A stretch of DNA of 64,000 nt. It comes from Camelus dromedarius (lineage: Eukaryota). Below the pieces are notes generated by a model. That model made no database searches and was not told where the DNA came from. It saw only the letters and a program-made list of their open reading frames with translations. Position 1 is the stretch's first letter. Each line of letters begins with the position of its first letter. Shown piece by piece: positions 56,701 to 64,000 of the stretch. The stretch is from positions 73,470,001 through 73,534,000 of the forward strand of contig NC_087444.1 in NCBI RefSeq assembly GCF_036321535.1, given 5' to 3'. A program made the position numbers and the translations under genes.

Positions 56701-59700
56701 ATTGTGGGGATGGTTTAGTGGATATCTGGGGTGCCTGGGGACTGTCTGTGAACAGCTGGGGGATGGGGGCCATCTCTGGCCATCTGTGGAACCTGGGGCT
56801 CATCGGAGAGGTGATGGCCCACAGAGACGTGTTTGCTATGTTTCTCCCAACTGCAGAGGTCCAGGCACACCAGGGTTCTTGTAGCAGATGGTCCCCCCAA
56901 GAGTGTTCCGATTATCCCCACCCTGGTGCCAGGCCTGTGATGGGGGTCTGGCCAAAACTTCTATCTACTACAGCGGCAGCTGCTGTGCAGAAGAAGGGGT
57001 GCAGCCTCCCCAGTGCTTTGCCTATTGCCTCCTCTCCTCCCCGCCCGCCACCTCCCCAGACCCCTTCCTGTGCATGACTTTGTCCCTGTCCTCCCAGGGA
57101 AGAGCTGAATCTGGCGGTGCTCCATGCCTTTGTGGATCTGCATGAGTTCACTGACCTCAATCTGGTGCAGGCCCTCAGGTGAGAGGGATGGGGTTGGAAG
57201 GGCAGGAAGGTATCTGTCAGGGCTTTCTGTACAAAACCAAACAAAAACAAACAGAAATTAGAGAATTGATTGCCTTACACAACACCAGAGTCCACAGTAG
57301 GGCCTCCTTCCGGCATAGCTGTATCCAGGTGCTCAAATGGTGTCAGAAGATCAACTTTCCCTATTGTGGAGATAGACATTGGCATTGCTCCGTGCAGACC
57401 CTCCTCCCACAGGATAGCAGAAGCTCCGAGCAACCCTCAGAGCTGTTCAGCAATCTTAGTAGAAAGAAGTTGTTTCCATACAAATCCCACCAAAAGTCTT
57501 ATGGTCAATGCTCATTGGTCAGATTGGCCACAGACTCAGACCTCTTATTGGCCAGTTCCTATCCCAGGGACTGAGAATGGAGGGGGTTCTGCCAGTCCTG
57601 AAGTTCACATCCGTCCCCTCTCTAACCCAGGCAATTTCTCTGGAGTTTCCGCCTCCCTGGAGAGGCACAGAAGATTGACCGGATGATGGAAGCCTTTGCC
57701 CAGCGCTACTGCCTGTGCAACCCTGGGGTTTTCCAGTCCACAGGTGGGGGCTCAGACTCCCGGGGCCTGGGGAGGAGGGAGCCGGGGGCTTGACCTCCTG
57801 GGTCCTGGGGGGCCCACACCCCCTTGTCGTCACCATCTGCCTGTCCGGTGCAGACACGTGCTACGTGCTGTCTTTCGCCGTGATTATGCTGAACACCAGC
57901 CTGCACAACCCCAACGTCCGGGACAAGCCGGGCCTGGAGCGCTTCGTGGCCATGAACCGGGGCATCAACGAGGGCGGGGACCTGCCTGAGGAGCTGCTCA
58001 GGGTCAGGCCCTGCCTTCCCCTCCCCCCGGCCCCCCAGCCCTGTCCCTCTTCCTTCCAGCTGCAGACCCTCCTCCCTGCGGGTCTCCAAGTGCTTAAGCT
58101 GTCCACTTGGCATCACTGCCTCTCCCTTGATAATGCCAGCCTGTAGGTTTCTTTTCTCTGTGTCTCTGCCTGCCTGTCCTTGTCTCTCTGCTTCTCTTTT
58201 CTATCTCTCTCTGCTCTCTGACTCTTTGGGGTCTTGATCTGTCCCGTTCAGCTGTCTGTCTGTCTCAGCGCTTAGCTCTTCTAGCGTCTGTGTTGCTGCA
58301 TCTTTCTTTCCTCCTCTTCTTGGGGCTCCCTCCACTCTTCTGCCTTCTGCTTCCCTTTCCTCCCCGGACTCCTCCCTCCCTCCCTGGGCCGGCGGATCTG
58401 TGGTCTCATTGGCTCCTCAGCTGCTGGGAGAGTACCCCCCCACCCCCGCCAAGTAGCCCCAGGAGGGTCCCAGGAGCCTGGAGTTGCTGACCATGCCTTC
58501 GCCCCTTAGAACCTCTACGACAGCATCCGAAATGAGCCCTTCAAGATTCCCGAGGATGATGGGAACGATCTGACCCACACCTTCTTCAACCCGGACCGGG
58601 AGGGCTGGCTCCTTAAGCTGGGTACGTCCCCCCTGACTCTGCTGGCTACCTCTGCAGGGGTCAGCGAGTGGGCCTGGGCTCTGGACTCAGCTTTTGCACA
58701 TATCCACTGTGTGACCTTAGGCCAGTAATTCAACCTCTCTGAACCTCAGCTTCCACATCTGAAAAGGAGATCAGGCCTGCATGTCATGCCCAAGCCCAGG
58801 ACCTGTCATGTTTTCGGTGCTCCCTAACTCCTTCCATTGGTCCCCATACATTTCTGGAGCCAGGCCCTGGTCCAGGCACTGAGGCCACAGTCAAGAACCA
58901 GATAGCACAGGCCCCATGGGGAAGGGGGGATGCTTTCAGCTGCAGTTAACAGAAAAACAGCCTGGGGGAGGGGACGCCTGGGAGGCCGTGACCTCACTTG
59001 GCAGGAACTCCCAGGGGTCGGGGCAGGGCCCAGTGTGAGGGTCTTGCATCTGCCATCTGCCGCCACGGTCTGTTGTCACCTCATCAGTCCAGTAGCATGG
59101 TGTCTGTTCCAGAGGTGTCACACCTCCCCAGACATCAACCATAGGCAGAAAAGAGCCCACAGAAATGAGAAGACTGGTCTTAGAACGCTCCGTGGGCTCC
59201 TCAGCTGGTTGGATTGGTCCCCAGTGGGGAGGGGAAGCAGCATGGCTGCTGTCGATGAATGGGTCGGGTGGGGGCCAGTCCACCTAAACACGTGGCCCCA
59301 TCAAACTCAGGGCCAGTGAGCAGAGGTCCTGCGGGTGCCCCTTCCATGCAGGTATCTGAGGACTGGAGTGGTTCTCAGCGCTGACTGCCAGGGAAAGTCA
59401 TCTGGGAGCTTGGAAAACCGCAATGGCCAGGCCGCCAATTCGGGCAGTCAGGAACTGTGGGGCAGGACAGGCCATTAGTCATGTTGAAAGCTCCCTGGGG
59501 GGCGGTTCCAGTGCATGGCCAAGGTTGAGAGCCTCTGGCTTGCAGCCAAGCTTTGTAATAGATGCCACTGGAGGGTTAGCAGTGGCTATTTAACAGAGAA
59601 GCAGTGAGTAGCTACTCCAGGGAGACAGAATCTGGCAAGGACTTACAGTCTCAAGCAGACAGTGGAGGCAGCCCGGATGGTGGGAAGGTCCAGAGGAAGC

Positions 59701-61791
59701 TTCCAGCCAGGGCTTTGCTTCCTTCAGGTCTCATCATCCACCAGAGTCAGGCTCCCCACAGCACCCCCCAGCCCCCTGTGGAATTGCCTGCATCAGCTCC
59801 AAGGGAAGGAGGCAGGTCTGGGGGAAATCTAGATTCTTCAAGGCCAAATAGTGCCCCTGGCAGTGAGTGGGCGGGAAAGGAAAGCAGGAAGGGCAGCTTT
59901 ATTGGGAGCTGGTTCCCCTCCAAACCACTCCCATCGGCAGGAATCCTCATTTCTTGGATGAGGAAATGGAGGCTCAGTCACTGTCCAGCAGCCACAGGGC
60001 AGAGGTGTCCTTGGCCCCAGATCTCTGACCAGAGCGCATCACAAGGTTGTTAGAAAAAGGCACCTCTTGAAACACTGAAGTACAGGAAAGGGAGTCTGCG
60101 GTGGTGGTTATAGTCACAAAGATGGTTAATAAAAGCCATTCTTATGGTTGCTATTTAATCTTTCCGGGACCACAAGGAACCCAGAAGCAGGTCACTTTGA
60201 AGGAGGAAGGTGTGGGGCCGAGTGGGTCTCCAGACTGGAGTCCAGAGAGGGCAAGAGGTTGTCCTAAGGTCACACAGCCACTTTGTACTGGTGTTGATAT
60301 GAGTCCCCACACCCACCTTGGCCCCAGGAGTGGGGTTTTGTCTTCTGCCTGTGGAGGTGACCTCCAGATAGAGACATCTTCACCATGGCAACCGAGGGCC
60401 CTCCTGGCCTGGGATATGTCCTGGGGGTTGGGCTGGAGCCAAGCACTGACTCCAGGAGGGGCTCCCAGCTGCTGTGGTGGGGCTCAGCATCCCTGGCCTC
60501 CCCGGGAGGGAGGGGGTCCAGCCATTCCTCCCTCATGTGGATGTAACTGGTTTTCTTCCCTCTCTCTCCCTCCCTCCCTCTCTGCGCATTTCTCTTCGCT
60601 CTTTCTGTCTCTGTCCCACCCTCCTGTGCATCCCTTCCCTCCCCCTCCCTGTGGCTCTGGGGGGACACCCCCTTCTTTCGCCTCCCTTCTCCTCGCCTGG
60701 TCCTGCCTGCTTTCTCGCTGTCTGCCCCAGGAGGTAGGTACACAGCCTGTCCTTGCTCCCTGACACAGCACAAGGGGCGGGGAGGCGGCTGCCCTGGCCT
60801 GGGGCCCACAGGAGGGGGCAGGGGGCTCAGACTCCCGGCCCAGGTCAACACAGGCTTAGAAAGTGTAGAGCCCCCCGCCTGGGGTGGATGGTTCCCGGGG
60901 CTCAGACATGCCTGTCCCCTGTCCCCATGCTTATCTGTCTCTTCCCACGTACCGCTTGGTCCTAGGCCCTGATAGCGCCACCTTTCCTGCACTCACCCTG
61001 TCTCTCACCACCTCCCCACCCTCCCAGAGGCCCTGTCCCCCTGTTGAGCCCAGGCCCCCTCCCCCCTTCCCTTCCAGGGGGCCGGGTGAAGACGTGGAAG
61101 CGGCGCTGGTTTATCCTCACGGACAACTGCCTCTACTATTTTGAATACACAACGGTGAGGGCGGGGTGGGCGGGGTTGGGTGGAAGAGCAGGGGCGGGGC
61201 TGGGATGGGGGCCTGGACTCCCTAGTCCCAGGGAGGGAGGGGGCCTGTGGTGAGGATTTGCAAGTCTGAGTCTGACTTGTCTTCTCAGGACAAGGAGCCC
61301 CGAGGAATCATCCCACTGGAGAATCTGAGCATCCGCGAGGTGGACGACCCCCGGAAACCAGTAAGACCCTCTCTGTACCCGGTGCTGCCACGGGGGGGGC
61401 GGTGGGTAGGGGCGCCTCTGGCCCCAGGGCTGGCTCTTCCTCGCTGTCCTTGTTCTCCAGAACTGCTTCGAGCTGTATATCCCCAATAACAAGGGGCAGC
61501 TTATCAAAGCCTGCAAAACAGAGGCAGACGGCCGGGTGGTGGAGGGGAACCACATGGTGTACCGGATCTCGGCCCCCACGCAGGAGGAGAAGGACGAGTG
61601 GATCAAGTCCATCCAGTGAGCCTGGGTCCCAGAGTCCTCAGGGAGGTGGGGGTGAGGGGCTCACACTCCTCAGCCCTCATCCTGGGATCCGCCCCTTCCA
61701 CAGGGCAGCTGTGAGTGTGGACCCCTTCTATGAGATGTTGGCAGCCAGGAAGAAGCGGATTTCTGTCAAGAAGAAGCAGGAGCAGCCCTGA
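53674..61791 (+). CDS. CYTH2: Cytohesin-2 (ARNO), ARF GEF with coiled-coil, Sec7 and PH domains; 399 aa, or 400 aa with the microexon
   Basis: Exons 53674-53692, 54529-54676, 54775-54841, 55882-56000, 57098-57178, 57631-57743, 57854-58002, 58510-58621, [60731-60733], 61078-61154, 61289-61360, 61461-61615 and 61704-61791 total 1200 nt without the microexon. Motifs include Sec7 [34 protein letters not shown] and the polybasic tail [14 protein letters not shown]. Confidence 0.98.
60731..60733 (+). CDS. CYTH2: 3-nt alternative microexon (GAG) of CYTH2, adding one Gly to the PH domain (diglycine to triglycine)
   Basis: The sequence reads tctgccccAG|GAG|GTaggt after a long polypyrimidine tract. 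Inserted between G (58621) and GG (61078) it gives GGA GGG GGC. This matches the known cytohesin GG/GGG splice switch. Confidence 0.88.
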
Positions 61792-64000
61792 CCCCCGGCC
61801 CCCAACTCCATTATTTATTACGGAGCTGCCCCACCCGGGTGGCCGGCCCACCGGGCCCTGGGGCTGCAGATCCCGGTCCCCGTTTGGAAGATTCACCACC
61901 TCTAGCTCCTCCCTCGTTATTTGTAATTAACACGCTGTTGGTAATCTTATTAATTATTTAACCACTCGCGGCCTGCAGACCCCCTCATTTCTTGAGGTTG
62001 ACGGACCCAGCCAGGCAGCCGCATCTGTGACCTCGGCCAGGAGCGTGGATTGTCGGTAGCTCTCATAGCGCATGAGGAAAGGGTGCTGTCCGAGCCTGGA
62101 GCCCCACGGGGGCCTCTCTGGGACAGCTCACTTCTGGTTTCACTGCTAGCCTGCAGGGAGAGAGTGAAGGGTGAATAGCGTGGCCAGAGTTAGCAGTGAG
62201 TTAGAGCTGCGTGGCCCTGAGGATGTAGGCAGGTAGAGGTTCCCGGACGATGTGTAACATTCATTCTAGACATTACTGGACAGCCAGGAGCCAGGCAGAT
62301 GCTCGTCCCACCTTTGCCCTCCTGGGCTTGGGGTCTTTGAGGGAGAACTGGAGAGCTGGAAGGACTCTGAAGGGGACCTGCTCTGGCAGGGTGTAGGATG
62401 AATCTGGAAAGAAGGGAAAAGGCCCAGGTACTGAGTACAGTGAGTGGGAAGGCCTTGCTGATGGGGCTGGGCAAGAGGTCAGTGCTGTGGAAAATGGGCT
62501 GGGACCATGTAGATGGGGCAGGGCTTTGGGGCCAAGAGGACAGGCCTCTGGCCAGTTGAACTGCATTTCTCAGCCACCAGAGGATTATTCTCCTTTGGAG
62601 ACATTTCGCACCAAGCAGGGATAGTGCTGAGAAACTGCATTTTTACTCCTGCCCCAGGATTCCGGAGGTCTCCAGAAGTGTAAGGACTGCCTTCTTTAGG
62701 GGTGAAAACTTGGGAGGTGTGGTACTCCTGAGCCCCAGATTCAGGCCTGTCCTCCCTTCCAGCATGGGGTGTGCATGATGTCCCCAAAGAACAAAGGTGC
62801 ATGGATCCCAAGAAGGGTGTTGGGAGACCCTGTGTCTCTCTCCTGTGGCCAGATCTGTAGCTGAGGAGGCTTTAGTACAAGAAACCACAACTCCAGGCAG
62901 GTCCAGGACCAAGACCCCGCTGGAAGGGAAACCTGTGGCCCTGGGACACGCCAGAACCGCAGTTATTCCTGCCTGCTGTGTTCTCTGTCCCCGAGGGCCA
63001 AACCCCTGATTGCTCCCAGTGGAGTGGGGAGGATCCCGAATCTCAGGCCTTGGTCCCAGCCCCACCCTTGGCCACCAAGTCCATCCGCAGGTGTGAAGGT
63101 TCCTTAGCGCTGTAACACTCCCCTCCCTCCTGTGAGACTGCAGACTACAATTCCGGGTGAGCTGTGGCGTCGGCCACCCCGCTGGCAGGAGAGCCATTTT
63201 GGAGGCCTCCTGGGAGATGAAGTTTCTCAGGTTTCCCTTAGCCTGATCCTGCGCCCTTCCACAGGTTGGGAAACAAGGTCCTTGGACCCCTGGGGCTGAT
63301 GGAAAGTGGGGTTTCCAAAGGAGGAAATGGAATTCCTAACTCCTCCCAAAGTTTCTGTAGAAGTGGAGCCATCCACCCAAGGTCAGGGGAAATGAGGTCC
63401 CTGTATCAGTAGAGGGTCCCACCACTATCTCACCCTGTGTTGCTTTCCATGGAACAAACCCACAGGTACTGAGTGCCTCCTGTGGGGAAGGAGCTGACCC
63501 AGTGGAGATGCCTGGGAAGGGCAGAGGGGGAACAGCATGTGTGGAGGCAGGAAAAGGCATGGTGTACTGGAGTAACACAGCAGTGCCTCTTTGGTGGTGA
63601 GGGAGAGGGAGTGGGGGTGACAGGAAATGAAGGGGACGCCTGGGCCTGATCATTTGGGGTGTGGACAGCCATGCTAGGATTTTGGATGTATTCTTAGCTG
63701 ATGGGAAGCCATCCAAGGGCATGAAGCAGGAGAGTGATGTATTTGGATTGAGGTTGTAGGCGGGGCCTCTGGCTGCTGCAGGAGAGCGATCTGAAGGTGA
63801 GCAGGGGCTGGGTAAGTTAGGAGGCCGTGCTGTCATCCTGGTGTAACGGGTGGAGGTGAAGAGACCTGGACCCGCCTGAGTCATTTTGGAAGAGGAGCCA
63901 GCAGGACCTGCTGCGGGCTGGGTCACCTCTGGGATTCTGGCTCGAGCAACTGGTGACCAGCAATGTCATCAACTGAGCTGGCTGAAAAGGGAATTCATAG

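Noticed and set aside
62479-64000. ORFs downstream of CYTH2 (e.g. 62643-63197, 63336-63926) as possible exons of the next gene
   Set aside because: No recognisable protein similarity; 63500-64000 is an L2 fragment.

Overview
This is mammalian genomic DNA, almost certainly from a camelid (alpaca, llama or camel), judged from eight copies of a tRNA-derived SINE matching the camelid Vic-1 family. The block is syntenic with human 19q13.33. It holds the 5' part of KDELR1 (minus strand; coding exons 1-3, the rest lies left of the window), then GRIN2D, GRWD1, KCNJ14 and CYTH2, all on the plus strand. Exon boundaries were placed by hand from GT/AG sites and reading frame; the exon lengths agree with the human orthologues as I recall them. 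Seven short N-runs (132-212 nt) hide parts of GRIN2D and KCNJ14 exons. I found no new protein-coding gene; the long extra ORFs are GC-rich or CT-rich shadow frames. The interesting signals are non-coding. (1) A 3-nt CYTH2 microexon sits behind a 207-nt AG-free zone. (2) Six miR-27-3p seed matches lie within 172 nt of the GRIN2D 3'UTR. (3) ACTACAnnTCCCA (ZNF143/THAP11-type) motifs cluster inside introns. (4) A splice-created overlapping uORF in GRIN2D stops one base before the second Met. (5) MSR1-like minisatellite units show position-dependent orientation. (6) Degenerate motif arrays occur in the GRWD1 and KCNJ14 3'UTRs and in CYTH2 intron 4. (7) CRX/OTX-type motifs cluster around KCNJ14. All functional readings of these are hypotheses.
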